The notes: generated by a model not told the origin, from the letters alone. A DNA stretch of 64,000 bases from the human T2T-CHM13v2.0 reference genome, Homo sapiens (GCF_009914755.1 NC_060928.1); one strand, 5' to 3'. Counted from the stretch's first letter, positions 15,830-29,059 are shown. A program made the numbers and translations.

Positions 15830-16380
15830 TGGAGAAATGGGCCTTATCATACCCCACTGAGAGGAATGTAAATTGATGGAATATTTCCAGAGGACAGCTT
15901 GGCAATATGTACATCTAGAGTGTAATTGACCCAATAAAGTCTAGCACTTTATTAATAGGAAATAAGCAATTAAGGCTTTGTACAAAGTTAAAGCTAAAAT
16001 GGAGTTCATCCTGCTGTTGTTTCTAATAGTGAAAAATGGAAACAATTTAAATTTTCTGTAACAGAACTGGATGAATAGTTAGTACATATATGAACTGAAA
16101 CCTGTCAGCCATTAGGTTGATGTATAAGAAGAGTAGCAGGGAAGCACTATATTATTCAATCAAAAAAGTTCTAAAACTATATATCTGATATCATCCCATT
16201 TTTGTGTAATGCATGTATAGAAGGATACACACCTAAATATTGAGAATAGTTATCTCTAGATAGAGGGATAATGTTTGAATTTCATTTTTTTCTTTATATT
16301 TATTTTTAATTTCTAAATGTGCCACAGCAAATGTATTATTTTAATTATTTTCTAAATGAGTATTTTTAAAGTATGTTCCT
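15830..16380 (+). mobile_element. Ancient L1M 3'-end fragment
   Basis: GATGTGGAGAAATGG...GAATGTAAATTGATGG...GCTTGGCAATATG...TAATAGTGAAAAATGGAAACAA resembles the old L1 ORF2 end and 3'UTR. Confidence 0.55.
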
Positions 16381-17029
16381 GTAAACATTGGCACTTAAAT
16401 CCCACCAATTTCCCTATTATTTGGAGTGGGGGTGGGGAGTGTGGAGAAGGAGGATCAGCAGAGATCAAAACCATCATTTAAAATTACTACTATTGATATA
16501 GTTTTACCAACAAATGAAGCCAGAAAATAGGGTCCTAGGTCTGGGCTGGAGAAGAGGCAGCTCAAACCAACTGCTCTGAGAAGTTTCAAAGCTCCAGGCA
16601 TCCCTCCAGGGACCTTTTATGGCTACTCCTTCCTCCCTCTCCTCCTGATGAGACAGCACCCAAGTGCAATTTCACATCCTTATGGTTGCAGGTGGAGCAT
16701 TTGTTTCATGGGCAGTTGTCTCAATTCTAACTGACCTCTGCTGAGGTGTCCTTGGCCCCACCCTGTCACTGGATGCTGTGCACAGGTACCCATCTGGTCT
16801 TTCACGGTGCCATGCCTTTTCACCGATTCCACTTGAGAAGTTCCTGCACTCTCTAGCCTCCTCATGCTGACCCCAGCCTCTGCTCTCCCTGCCAGTCTCA
16901 AACCTTCTCCATTCTTCAACTGGGGCCTAGAGATGAACCTGGATTTTCTTCACATCTCCCGCAAGGTGGGAGAAACTGGGTTACCATCCTTGACTTTTCT
17001 CCTGACTAACCACAGTGTCCATGTTGCCC

Positions 17030-20000
17030 CTTGGTGCTGCTTCTAGACCACTCTCCCGTTTTCCTGATCATCAACTCTCATGCCCATCCAGTTTTAAAGT
17101 TTATGTCATTAAATATCATCACTCACTACCCCTTCTTGTCAAGTTCATGCACCAAACCTCAGGTTGCACCCTTCATTCCTTGAAGATTTTGCAGCATGCT
17201 TCACAGTCACTCTCTCCATTACTATTCCTGGTATAAGAATGTGTGGGTTCAATATTCAGGGAGATAAACTTTCCTCAGCCTTGGATTCTTAGTTTCTTGA
17301 TCCTTTCTCCTCTTGTGATATGGTGCTCCAACTGCTTTATCTGTTCACTCTCATGATCACATCCTAAACCTTGTTCCCAATAACTGAAATCCTCCATCAT
17401 CTCAATTTAAGTCTACTGTCACCTCCTGTCTTTCTAGCTCTTTCTCTCTAGTACTCCTCCCTCCAAACCCTTCAACTCACCAGGATCTAAAATGCTTTGA
17501 TTCTATCTCATTTGTGCTATCTTTAACCTCTCTCATATTCTTACTTCCCTCCTAACCCAGCTTAAATTCCATGATCAATTATTACAATCACTTCCTTGCA
17601 TAGGCACTCAAGTTCTTGCTTCTTTCTCTTATTTCATTTTGCTAACTTAACAAAACTCCAACCCTGGTTAGATCCAATCCTCTGCCTATTCTGTGCCTGC
17701 ACCTTTGCAGCTGAATGTAGCTGGAGAAAGCCAAAATTATTTTGGATGGTTTCATTTAAATTCATGATTGCACTTTTATGATCCACTCTCTCCTTAAACC
17801 TACTTCTCTACATTCACTCTCATCTGATGACCTTAACTCCTATTTCACTGAGAAAACAGAAGCAACTAGAAGGAAACTTGCACCACTACACCTACCAGCC
17901 TTCTAGCATCGGTGTGCATGTACCTTCTGCTCTCCAATTGCTATGAATGAACAGTCCGTGCTCCCAGCCAAGGCCAACCCCTCCAGTTATGCACTAGATC
18001 CCATTTCCTCTCACTAACTCCAGGTCATTGCTACAGTAGTTCTCTCTTCTCTCCTGCATTATTATTTTTTCTCTCTACTGGCTTTATCCATCAGCTTATG
18101 AATATTGTTATTTCTCCTACCCAAAGTCTCCCTTGATTCCACTTCTCCCTCCAGCCACAACCTCACACTATTATTCCTTTTATCACAAAACTCCTCAAGG
18201 AGGAGGACAAAAACTTGTCTGTATTCACTGTCTCCAATCCACTCACCCCTCCAAATTCTCTAGAATGCACTCAATGAAGCTTTGCAACTCTGAAACTACT
18301 CCAGTGAAGGTCTTCAATGAACTTTCCTTTGCCACGTTCAGTTGTCAATTCTCAGCTCTCATCGTAGTTGCCATATCAGCAATATTGAGCAAGGTGACTG
18401 CTTTCTTCTTGAACCACTCCCTTCATCCAGCTGGAAGAACACTATTTTTTCCTAGATTTTCTCCTACCTCATTTGCTGCTCTGTCTTAGCTTCCTTTGCT
18501 GGTCCTTCTCTTCCTCCTAACCAAGACCTCCTTAACATTGGGGGATGCTATGGCTTAGTCCTTGAACCTGTTCTCTTTTCTATCCACACTCCCTTTCCTG
18601 GTCTTCTCATCCAATCCCATGGTTTTAAATACCATGTCTATCCTTATACTGCCCACGTTTATATCTTCATCCCTGGCTTCTCCCCTGAACTCCAGGATCA
18701 TAGATCCACCTACTACTCAACATCTGTAGTTGGATGTCTAACTGGACATGTCAAAAAGCAAGTTCCTGCTCTTAAGCACCAAATTTGCTTCTCCTCGGCA
18801 TTTTCCACATCAAATAATGGCAACTCTCTTCTTCTAAGTGCTCTGTACAAAATGCTTGGCATCTTCCTCAGTTTCTCTTTTTCTCTTATATTAGATATGA
18901 GATAACCTATCAAGAAATCCTGTTGGCTCTTCCTTCAAAATATATACAGACCCTGACCACTTCCTATCCTTTTGTTGCTGTTACCCTGGGACAGGCTACC
19001 ATTATTTCTTGTCTGGATATTTGGACACAGGTTTGCCTTCTCCATCTAACAGTCTGTTCTTTATTTAGCAGCCAGAGTGATCCTGCTAAACGCTAGTCAA
19101 CTTGGGTCATACTCTTACTGAAATCCTCCAATCACTCCTCATTTCTCCTGGAGAGTAAGCCAAATCCATTACAATGATCTCTAAAGCCCTGAATGATCAG
19201 GCTGTCCTCTTGAATACCAAATCTTTCTCTATTTTTTCATGTGGCAGTTGTAAAACATGGTCCTCAAGTTCCTTGACAGTCTTCCCATTGAGAGGCCAGT
19301 GGTCTTTGTCTCCTACCTTTGAATCTGCTCTCTGTAATTACCTGATCAATAGGTTACAGCAGTTTCCACTTTCCGCCTTTTGGGACAGTTGCTCTTTGAA
19401 CCCAGCCACCATGGGTGAGGCAGTCTAGCTGCCTGGAAAGCAGCCCATGTGGAGAGGAACTGAGGCCCCTGGCTAGTAGCCCTGCAGAGCCCTCAGCTGA
19501 CAGGCAGCACCTCCTTGCCAGCCACGTGAGTGATCCATCTTAGAAGTGCATGCCCCAGCCCCTCACTGATTCACCCCAGCTGATGTCACATGGAACAGAG
19601 AGAAGCCATCCCCATCAACCCCTGCTCAAATTGCAGAAATTATTAACAAAGAAGTGATTATTGTTCTAAGCAATTAAGTTTTGCAGTGGCTTATATTAGG
19701 CAGCCATAGAGAATTCCCTCACTGCAGTTCCCTCGCTCACTCCCCACTGGCCACTGTGCCCTCTTGGCTGTTCCCTGGAACACCTGCAAATGCTTTTGTC
19801 TCTGGGCCTTTGCACTTGCGGTTCCCTTCTACCTCCAATATATACACATGCAGCTGTCCCACTCACCTCCCTTAGACCATTAACCACTTATTATCTTTTC
19901 AGTAAGACCTTCCCTCCTAAACTGGCAAACCACATATGCTACCACAAGGTTTCCCCCTCTTTTACTTTATTTATTTATTTATTTTTTTGCCAGGGTAATC

Positions 20001-20170
20001 ATCACTGTCTAACATACTGCCTGATTTATTCATTTGGATTGTTCATTGCATGTTGGGCTCACTAGAAGGTAGACTCCATGATGGCAGGAATCCTTTTCTG
20101 TTTCATTCCCCGTGGCTTCCCTTTAGTCTAGAATAGTGTCTCTCCCACATGTTCTTCAATTAATATTCGT
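17030..20170 (+). mobile_element. Long L2 remnant (ORF2 to 3' end), split by an MLT1 LTR
   Basis: Pyrimidine-rich L2 blocks (TCCTATTTCACTGAGAAAACAGAAGC; TCCCATGGTTTTAAATACCAT; CAGCCAGAGTGATCC). Resumes at ~19715 with GGGCCTTTGCACTTGC and the L2 3' end. Confidence 0.75.
19240..19712 (+). mobile_element. MLT1G/H-like MaLR LTR
   Basis: TGTGGCAG...CCCATGTGGAGAGGAACTGAGGCCCC...GCCAGCCACGTGAGTGA...AAGTTTTGCAGTGGCTT. Confidence 0.7.
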
Positions 20171-20574
20171 GATTCTACTGCAGTCATGTGCAGGGGACCC
20201 TGTAAAGAGTGTTTTTGTTGTTGTTGTAGTTTTGTTTTATTTTTTTTCCTCAGCTTTCACCTTCCCTTCCAATCTGTCTTCTCTCCAGGATCTGTGTCTT
20301 CTCTCCTCCTTCCCTTTCTACCTTCCTACTGGACTAAAGCAGCATCTTTACTCCAGTCTCAAACAAAGGAAGACCCTTTACAAGTTATTCCCCACCCTGG
20401 AAGGACTTTCTCCTTCCTGGTGTCAGGAACCTCTTTTGTATCATATCCTGTGTTCATTCCACATTCGTATTTATTTTGAAACTTTATGCTCAGACCTCCA
20501 TGCCTCATTTTTGCTGGCAAAAAGAGTAAACACTTCAGCTAGTAAAATAAATGAGCAAGACCAGAGAGAGCACA

Positions 20575-20760
20575 GTGCTTCGGCTACATATTGCTGTGTA
20601 AAAACCACCCCAAAACTCAGAGGCTTGAAACAACAATTATTTATTTATTTTGTTCATGAGTCTGAAATTTGAGCAGGGCTCAGTGGGGACAGATTTCCTC
20701 TGCACCACATGGCATCAGCAGGGGCAAATCAATTAGGGGCTGGGATGTCTGCTTTCAAGT
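20575..20760 (-). mobile_element. MLT1 LTR fragment
   Basis: TATTGCTGTGTAAAAACCACCCCAAAACTCAGAGGCTTGAAACAACAA. Confidence 0.6.
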
Positions 20761-20981
20761 GCTTTTTAGAATTTAGAGATTCCTTCTCTGTCTCAAAAAA
20801 ATCTGGCTTTCAAACTTTATCAGACTTTTTCTTAAAAAAAAAACCTCTCATTTGAAGCTCGGAGGCGAGCTTAGCCACTTTTCTTAGACTGCATCTGCCA
20901 TGTCTTTGTGAAGCAAAGAATGCCACTGACCAATGTGCAGGGAAACTGAGGGCAAGGCATTTTATGACCATTGAAAAGTGC

Positions 20982-21168
20982 AGTCTCTACTAAAAATACA
21001 AAAATTAACCAGGTGGCACATGCCTGTAATACCAGCCACTCAGGAGGCTGAGGCAGGAGAATTCCCTGAACCGAGAGTCAAAGGTTGCAGTAAGCTGAGA
21101 CTGCACCACAGCACTCCTGCCTGGGTGACAGAGCAAGATTCTGTCTCAAAAAAATAAAAATAAAAAAA
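20982..21168 (+). mobile_element. 5'-truncated Alu (linker, right arm, tail)
   Basis: GTCTCTACTAAAAATACAAAAATT...GAGGCTGAGGCAGGAGAAT...GTCTCAAAAA. Confidence 0.85.
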
Positions 21169-21567
21169 TGCAATTACTCAAATAATGTATACTGATTGCA
21201 TTTCATTGATTCATTAATTCATTTAATATTTTGATTATGAAAATGGGCATATAGTTACATAGCTATATACAGCTTATAGCTATGTGACGATATATGTTAG
21301 TCTCTTTATGTTGTATATCCATTTCCTAGAACACTGCCTGACATATAAGTGCTTTAAAAAAAGTTTAGAAAATTGAATAATAATAATAATAGTTAATATG
21401 TATAATAGTTAAATGTATTATGAATTTTTGCTAGGCACTATTCTTAGCACTTTATATGAATTACCTTTTTTAAAACTTTCAACAAGCCAATGAGGTAATA
21501 TTATTGTTATTATTAGTATCCCTGTTTTACAGACAAATAAACTGAGACACATTAAAAACCTGCTGGG

Positions 21568-21872
21568 GGCTGTGTGCGGTGGCTCACGCCTGTAATCCTA
21601 GCACTTTGGGAGGCAGAGGAGGGCAGATCACCTATGGTCAGGAGTTCAAGACCAGCCTGACCAAAATGGCGAAACCCCATCTCTACTAAAAATACAAAAA
21701 TTAGCCAGGAATGGTGGCAGGCACTTATAATCCCAGCTACTCAGGAAGCTGAGGCAGGAAAATCACTTCAACCTGGGGGGCAGAGGTTGCAGTGGGCCAA
21801 GATCGCGCCATTGCACTCCAGCCTGGATGTGCAGGGTTTTTTTGAGACTTTAGTCTCAAAAAAAAAAAAAAA
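21568..21872 (+). mobile_element. AluS inserted in a MIR
   Basis: Full dimer. TSD AAAA(A/T)CCTGCTGGG at 21554-21567 and 21870-21883. The 3' end is anomalous (see findings). Confidence 0.92.
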
Positions 21873-23099
21873 ATCCTGCTGGGAAGTGGCAGGCTGGGAT
21901 TCAAGCCCAGGGAGTTAGACATTGGTGTGTACTCTCTTAATCATCCTATATGCATATATGCATAGGATGATTTGGAGACTACATAGGAGAGGTATCATAA
22001 CCTAGCTTTGAGGGGTCACTTCCCAAAATGGTGATTTCTGAGCTGAATCCTAAAGGACAAAAAGGAATAATAGAATGAGAGGTTGGTTCTAGAGACTGAG
22101 GAAGGGCTTTCTTGGCAAGATTTGCAAGATTGCCTGCTGAGTTCCAGGCATTAGGCTAGGGGCAGGAAATACAAAGAGGAATAAGACATGCTCCTTGACT
22201 TCTATACAGAAAACTTGGGCAGATTGCCAAAACAACGTGTGGTAAGAGTGAATGTAGATGTACATAAGGTGCTGTGGAAAGATAGAGAGAGCAGGAATCA
22301 AACCAGGGTCAAAAGTTCAGTGAGGGCTTCCCAGAGGTGGTGGCATTCGAGTTAACTGTTGAAGGATGAGTTTGCCAGACAAACAAGGAGTGGGAGGGGC
22401 ATTTCAGGCAGAGAGAATGACACAGGCAATAAAAGAATCAGATGGCTTCTGAGACCAAGAAAGCCTCAAATATGCTATGAAAATCATCATATTTTTCTTT
22501 CTTTAATATTTCCAGAAAATGAGTCTGCAATGTTGCACAGCATTGTCTCACACCCCTTGAGAGTAGAAGGTTGTGTTTGATGTTCGATCTTTGTTTATCT
22601 GCCTGAGATATAGACAATCCCACACGAACCCTTGTTCTCCAGCCAAGGTACATGAGACTCACCATTCTTGTCTTTCAGGGGACATTGCTAAACTAGTTTT
22701 CCTTTCTTCACAGACTGGAGGCATTCAGTTCCCTCCTCGGCCACTTCACTCAGTAAGCGAGGAGTGCATATTGAAAGTCAGCCTGTGCATAGAATGAGGC
22801 TGGACGCTGTAAGGAATAAACAAGAATGCAACGTATTTTCCTGCCTTCCAGAGGCTACTTACCCTCCGTCTGTAGGGCCTGCTTTTCAAACCTCAAATCA
22901 CAGCGCTGTTACCCTTTTGATGCTCTCCAGTGTCCCTATATAACATAGAAGTTAAAGACCCGTGCTTTAAAATCATATGGATAAGTGATGTGACAAGCGA
23001 CTTTCTAATCTTTTCGAGTATTAGTGTCCTCATCTGTGAAATGTGATAATACTATTAACATCATGAGCTATTTCTGAGGATTAAAAGAGTTAATGTATG

Positions 23100-23596
23100 T
23101 GTAGGAAATTAAGACAACTTTGGAAATAACTCTTAGCAAGCATGACTCAAAAATGTCATTTAAGGATAAATGAGAATTTGTTCATTTACATGACTCAAAA
23201 ATCCAGGGGTATTCCAATTACAGGACAAGTTTGATCCAGAGGCTCAAATACTGTTACAAGGACTTCGGCTTTCTCCACCTCCTTTTTTGGCTTTGCTTGA
23301 GGCTCCAGGTGATATCAAGATGTCAGCCAAGAAGCCCAGACCGCATCCTACCATGTTCTAGCCCAACATTCAAATGGAAGTTCTGGGTCTGACATTCATT
23401 GGTCTGAAGATGCCCATCTCTGACCTTAATACTGTGGCCAAGGAGTGGAACATGCTGAATGGGGTAAGCCATGAAGTCATCCTTGGAGATAAGCAGGTGT
23501 CAATTCCACTCAAACAAGTTCTAAGATTGGGAATGGGAAAGTTACCCAGAGTAAAACTGGGGTACTGTTTTACCAGAAAAAAAAGGAGAAAAAAAC
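23100..23596. mobile_element. Old MLT1 (J/K-like) LTR
   Basis: TGACTCAAAAATCCAGGGG...GATCCAGAGGCTCAAA...CATTGGTCTGA...ACTGTGGCCAAGG. Confidence 0.5.
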
Positions 23597-23777
23597 AGCA
23601 ATGTAACTATATGCAAGTTATTCTCTTCATGCCTCAATTTTTCATCTGATAATTGGGTATAATGATAGTATTTACCTCATAAAGTTGCTATGAGAATGAA
23701 AAGAGTTAATATTTATGAAACATTTAGAACAGTGCATGTTAGTATAAGTCTAACATGAATTTTGTGTTTTTTAAGAT
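23597..23777 (+). repeat. 181-bp dispersed duplicate of 25402-25583 (MIR-derived)
   Basis: Manual alignment shows 4 substitutions and a 1-nt T-run difference. Confidence 0.95.
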
Positions 23778-24618
23778 GTTTTATGATATCATAAAACAAT
23801 ATGTCCACGACAACATTTAAGACACCCCTATCACCATAGCTAAAACATAATAAATACTTAATGAAAGGTCAACAGGGATTAAATTTCAGTTGTGGATACC
23901 CCAAACAAACATTAACTCAACACTCCTCTTAAAGAAGAGCCTGCCCAGTGCTGAGTAAAAAAAATGTATTATCTGCAGCAGACATTTGTTATTTGTTGCT
24001 GCCTAAAACCTCTTGAATACTCTTTCTACATTTTGATAGTTTCCATTACTTTTCAAGAGTGTCTCATGAATCCTGGCTACCCCTAAATAGGATACAAAAA
24101 ACACTTTATTTTTCCCACCCCTTCCCACACTGCGCTTCAGTTTCTTTCAATCCTGTTGGATCCATGAGAGACTTTCATTTGGAAATGAGTTAAGGAAATG
24201 AGGGGGGCATGGAACATGCATTGCGCTGGTGCAGGTGGTGGCAGACATCTGGTTGGTCCCAGGGTCAGTGTGAGGCATCACCCTTAACAGGTCAGTTCTC
24301 TACGGTAGTGTTAAGCATTGTTCCTAGAGCATTAGCCCAGAGATTATTCCTCTAGCTCTTCTGAAGATTCTAGGAGTGTTTAATATTCCCTTAACAACAC
24401 TTCTTACATAAAGCAGGTAGAGTGATAACGTTATCTGCAAATGAGAACACTAACTGATACTGCCTAAGAATTCCCACAGCTCTGGCACTGCACAAGCTTT
24501 CATTACAGCTGTATGCATACATTTTATGTATCCCTTGCATACAGCTGTATGTATCCCTATGCCTGTGTCTCATCTTCTTATCAGACTGTTCCCCACAAAG
24601 CGAGCAAGGTGCCTTTTA

Positions 24619-24954
<336 letters not shown>

Positions 24955-25334
24955 TCACTGACCTGAAAGATCATGTGGGAGAACATAAGAATCTTAAAAT
25001 GTGAAAGAATTAGGAAATTATCTAGCTCTTACCAAGCACTGGGCAGATGAGAAGTTGAAGACCCGGAAAAGTTAATTTGGCTTGAAATTTTACCCTTATA
25101 TTTCTAGTTGATATTAAGGATAATATTAATTATTTTTAAGATTCCCTAATTTTATTTTGTTGCTATTATTTGAAAGAATTGAACTGGCTTTGGACATCTA
25201 TTATTCTTTTCATAGAGACTTTGAGCTTTATGACATTTATTGCAAAGAGCTTCAGCCAGCGATAACATCAAACAGGAACATACTCTGTATTTGTTTTGTA
25301 GTGGCTGTACCCCGCTGCTGGCTCAGAGGAAGGT

Positions 25335-25583
25335 GCAGCCTTCAGAGCGTGGATTCTGGAGCCAGAATGGCTGAATTTGAATTCTGACCCTGGAACTTTC
25401 TAGCAATGTAACTATATGCAAGTTATTCTCTTCATACCTCAATTTTCCATCTGATAATTGGGTATAATGATAGTATTTACCTCATAAAGTTGCTGTGAGA
25501 ATGAAAAGAGTTAATATTTATGAAACATTTAGAACGGTGCATGTTAGTATAAGTCTAACATGAATTTTGTGTTTTTTTAAGAT
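25335..25583 (+). mobile_element. MIR SINE (probable donor of the duplication)
   Basis: GAGCGTGGATTCTGGAGCCAGA...TTTGAATTCTG runs continuously into the MIR core. Confidence 0.8.
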
Positions 25584-28317
25584 ATTAAGCTTGCAGTTAA
25601 CCAAACTCTCGCATGTCTTTCAAGTATGTGGCTGCCAATTTATTCTCTCCCAATCTCAAGTTGTGCCATTGATTTCATTTTTAGAGCCCAAAGGTAAGAC
25701 TTTGAGTCTCCCTTTGGTGGTGCTGGCTCAGCATCACTTTCATTTTCCTTCACTCTCTGCACCCCACCCACCTACCCACCCACCCATTTCCTGGTGCAGG
25801 TGCTAACAAGAGAGTTGGAAACAGAAGGGAAAGAAGTCTGCTGCAAACTAAGCGTGCAGTGTGCAGTCATTGAGATTTGACTGCATCTTAACATTGGCAC
25901 TCAACCAAATTTAAGTGGCTCTAAGTACTTTTAAATTAGGCATATAGTTAAAATTTGACAAGCACATAAACTTAATAGCTGATTTCCAGGCAAAATTACT
26001 ACCAAAACTGATTTTAACTGCCAGTAAAATAAGCCCAGGGGGTTGTTATTCAAGGTAGCCCAGTAAAATGAAATAAGGATCAGGACAATGGGAACAGTTG
26101 TGAAGATGACAAAACTGTCATGTCTACAGGTGGAACTAAGTGTCTGCCCTGTTAATGGATATAGACACAATTCAGGGAAGCAAGCCATCCAAATGCATCA
26201 CTTGAATCCTGTTTGGTTGTTCTGACGTAGAAGAAGAAAAGAAAGAGAATCAATTGAGGAAATGTAAGATGCAGAACTACAAAAATAAACTTGCCGTCCC
26301 TGACATCTGTGTTTATAAATGCACTATATTAAACAGCAGAGATTTTCCCCATCGTTAGCCAACACCAAGATGGCGTCTTGCAGGCTTTGTTTTTTCTTCA
26401 CCCCTAATCGTAAGGGCTTTCTTTACTCTCTCTTTGCTTCCAGCTTTTGTCTTATTCTCCCCATAAAGAGTTGGCAGAGCATGGCTGGGCAATTTCAGAA
26501 ACATGGTTTATAAGTGACTTGCTCTATTATTTTGCTATTAAAAGTGAGTCTGTGCTAACTATTCTTTGATGAAGAAGCAGTCCCTTCCAGCCCCCAGGTG
26601 GAGATTTTCCCTATCAATAACGCCAGAACAAGTTTGAATCAAAGAAATGACACATACAGTGGCCAGATGTTTGGAGAATAAGAAAGGGAGCTAAGTTCAC
26701 ACAATTGTTCTGCCTTCTTGCTTTCCGCTGAGGTTCTTTCCTGTGAGCTGTAGGACTCATTAACAGACAGCTCTGCTCTGGGCATGCACACCGACAGCCT
26801 CAGCCTAGCCCTTCAGCGAGAGGCTGCTAACAGGCGGCCTTCCTTTTCCTGTGCAGCTGGTGTTTGCAGAAGGACATGATTTGAAAGTTGATTTATTTAC
26901 CCTGTCTTTGAAAAAAAATGAATGGACATAGATGTCTGTTTGTTAAAACAATTAATAAACTCTAATAATATGATTAGAATTTAACAGAAAAACATCGTTG
27001 GCTTGCAGGTGGAAATCCAAGGTCTTCAACTTTTAGGATGTTCATCATGTAGCTGTCTCACTCAGAACAAGATAAGATGACGTGTTTGGTCTTTAAAAAC
27101 AAAACAAAAAAACAGCTGATCAGTTCTTGTTTTTTACTCTACAGCCTTTGAGTCATGAATGAAGAAAATCACTTTCACTTGTGGGAGCCAGTGGGCTCCA
27201 GTTCGTGTTGTCTCTGCTGTCCGTGGAGACTTTGAAGATGTTTATATGCACCTCAACTATCAAGAGGAAGAGAACATGCCAGAAAGGGCCTCTTCCTCTT
27301 GGGCTAGCTCCTCCTCTCAAGTCCCTTCAAAAAGTCAGTGTGTCTGAGACACAATAGACACAGCTTAAATAAAGTGAAGAGGGATAGGCCGTAGAAGATG
27401 TAGTTTCTGTCTTTAAAAAATGTATTCATTATTTTGGGGAATAATATAAACCTGAACACCAATTTAAAAAACTTTAACGGACTATTCAGTGAAAAATCAT
27501 TCTCTCTCCCACCCTCACTCCCCATCAGCCACCATGTTCCCAAACCAGAGGCAACTGCCATTATATTTCTAGAGTATTCTTCCAGAGACATCCTATGTAG
27601 ATATAAACATTCATACATACACATATATATGCTTTTAAAATATGCAAATGATGTACAATACACATTGTTCTGCACTTTGCTTTTTTTTTTTCATTTAACA
27701 ATACATCAGACAAAGATGTTTTTTCTGCTCAAAGTGCCATCAAGAGAGAAAAGTCATTCTTCAGTTCAATGATCTGCATCTGTTTCTGGCTTATTGTATT
27801 GACAACAAACAAAATGCAAGTCAAATTCTATTGCAGCCATAGGTAATCTCGGCCTGGAGAAATGTGAATCCTCTTTAAAACCTTACAACTCTGAATAACA
27901 GGAAGTGTGGAGTGCATAGAGGAGAAAGGGAAGGATGAATTATGCTTAATAGAACGTTTTATGGAACTGACAGTTGAGCCGAGAGACATTTTGGATGCCA
28001 TCTTGCAAAATGATTCCTTGCCTAGCTCTAGTAAGTAGAATGCAAAGTTATTGGCTATAATAGCATAATTTTTGCTAGTTAAGGATCTCTATAGGTGGCA
28101 TAGTGTCAATATTCTGGATATGACATGAGGGAGGTAGAAAGAGAACAGGCTTTGGAATCAGGCAGACCTAGATGTTAATACTGGATATACCAGTTATTAA
28201 TTTAAACTAGTTTTCTAACCTCTCAGACCCTTGGTTTTCCTTTATGTAAAATGGAAATACTGTACATAAAGAGTGGTTGTGACAATTTGTCTTTTTTTAA
28301 AAAAAAAACACATCATA

Positions 28318-28800
28318 GGTGTCCACTATTACTGTGATGCTGCATAACAAATAATTCCCCCATTCTCCATGACTTGAAATAATGAATATTCATGTTGTAT
28401 TCATGTTTCCATTCACTGTAGTTTAGATGTACCCAGCTGCTCTTGCCTGAGCTTTTCTGGCCTCTAGGCTTGGGTCTGTTTCAGGTCTGCTTTACACGTC
28501 TCGATTTCAGGTCAAAGGGTGACAATTGCCTGGTGGCATGCTTTTCTCTCATGGCAGAAGATAGAACCTCAAGAGGACTGGCAGCAACTCACCATGCCTC
28601 TTATAGACTCAGCTGGTCTATAAGACCAGAACATTGTTACTTCTGCCCACATTCCATGGGCCAAAACATCACAGGGCCAGGGCCAAGGCCAAATTCAATG
28701 AAGTAGGAGGAATATTCTCCCTGTAGTGAACCACAGCAAAAGCAGGCAGGGGAGGAAGAATCATAAATAATAGATTCAGGCCCCCAGTGCAACACCAGGC
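28318..28800 (-). mobile_element. Old MLT1 LTR
   Basis: CTATTACTGTGATGCTGCATAACAAAT...ACTTCTGCCCACATTCCATGGGCCAAAACATCACAGGGCC. Confidence 0.55.
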
Positions 28801-29059
28801 ATCTACAGTGTTCACATAAATGGGAGCTATTATCACTATAGTATCAAATAGGAAAGGTATTAGAGATAGCACTGAATGTATAATAATTCTAAAACACACC
28901 TTAAAAGCAATTTAATTTTTTAAAAAACCACTTTAAAAAGTCAATCGGTTTGTAATTTTGTTCTTCTCGTAATCAGAGTAGGCATATATGGTCCCTCTGT
29001 GTGAATCTGAAAAAAAGGTGCCTCTCTAAGCAGATGAACCCTAGGGCCAACAGCTAGGC

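Noticed and set aside
20136-20672. 178-aa ORF
   Set aside because: GTG start; runs through an L2 end, a T-rich tract and an MLT1 LTR. No protein family signal.
26360-26380. Possible CTCF site
   Set aside because: The 5' half fits the CTCF consensus poorly. Kept only as a YY1-like motif within the candidate enhancer.
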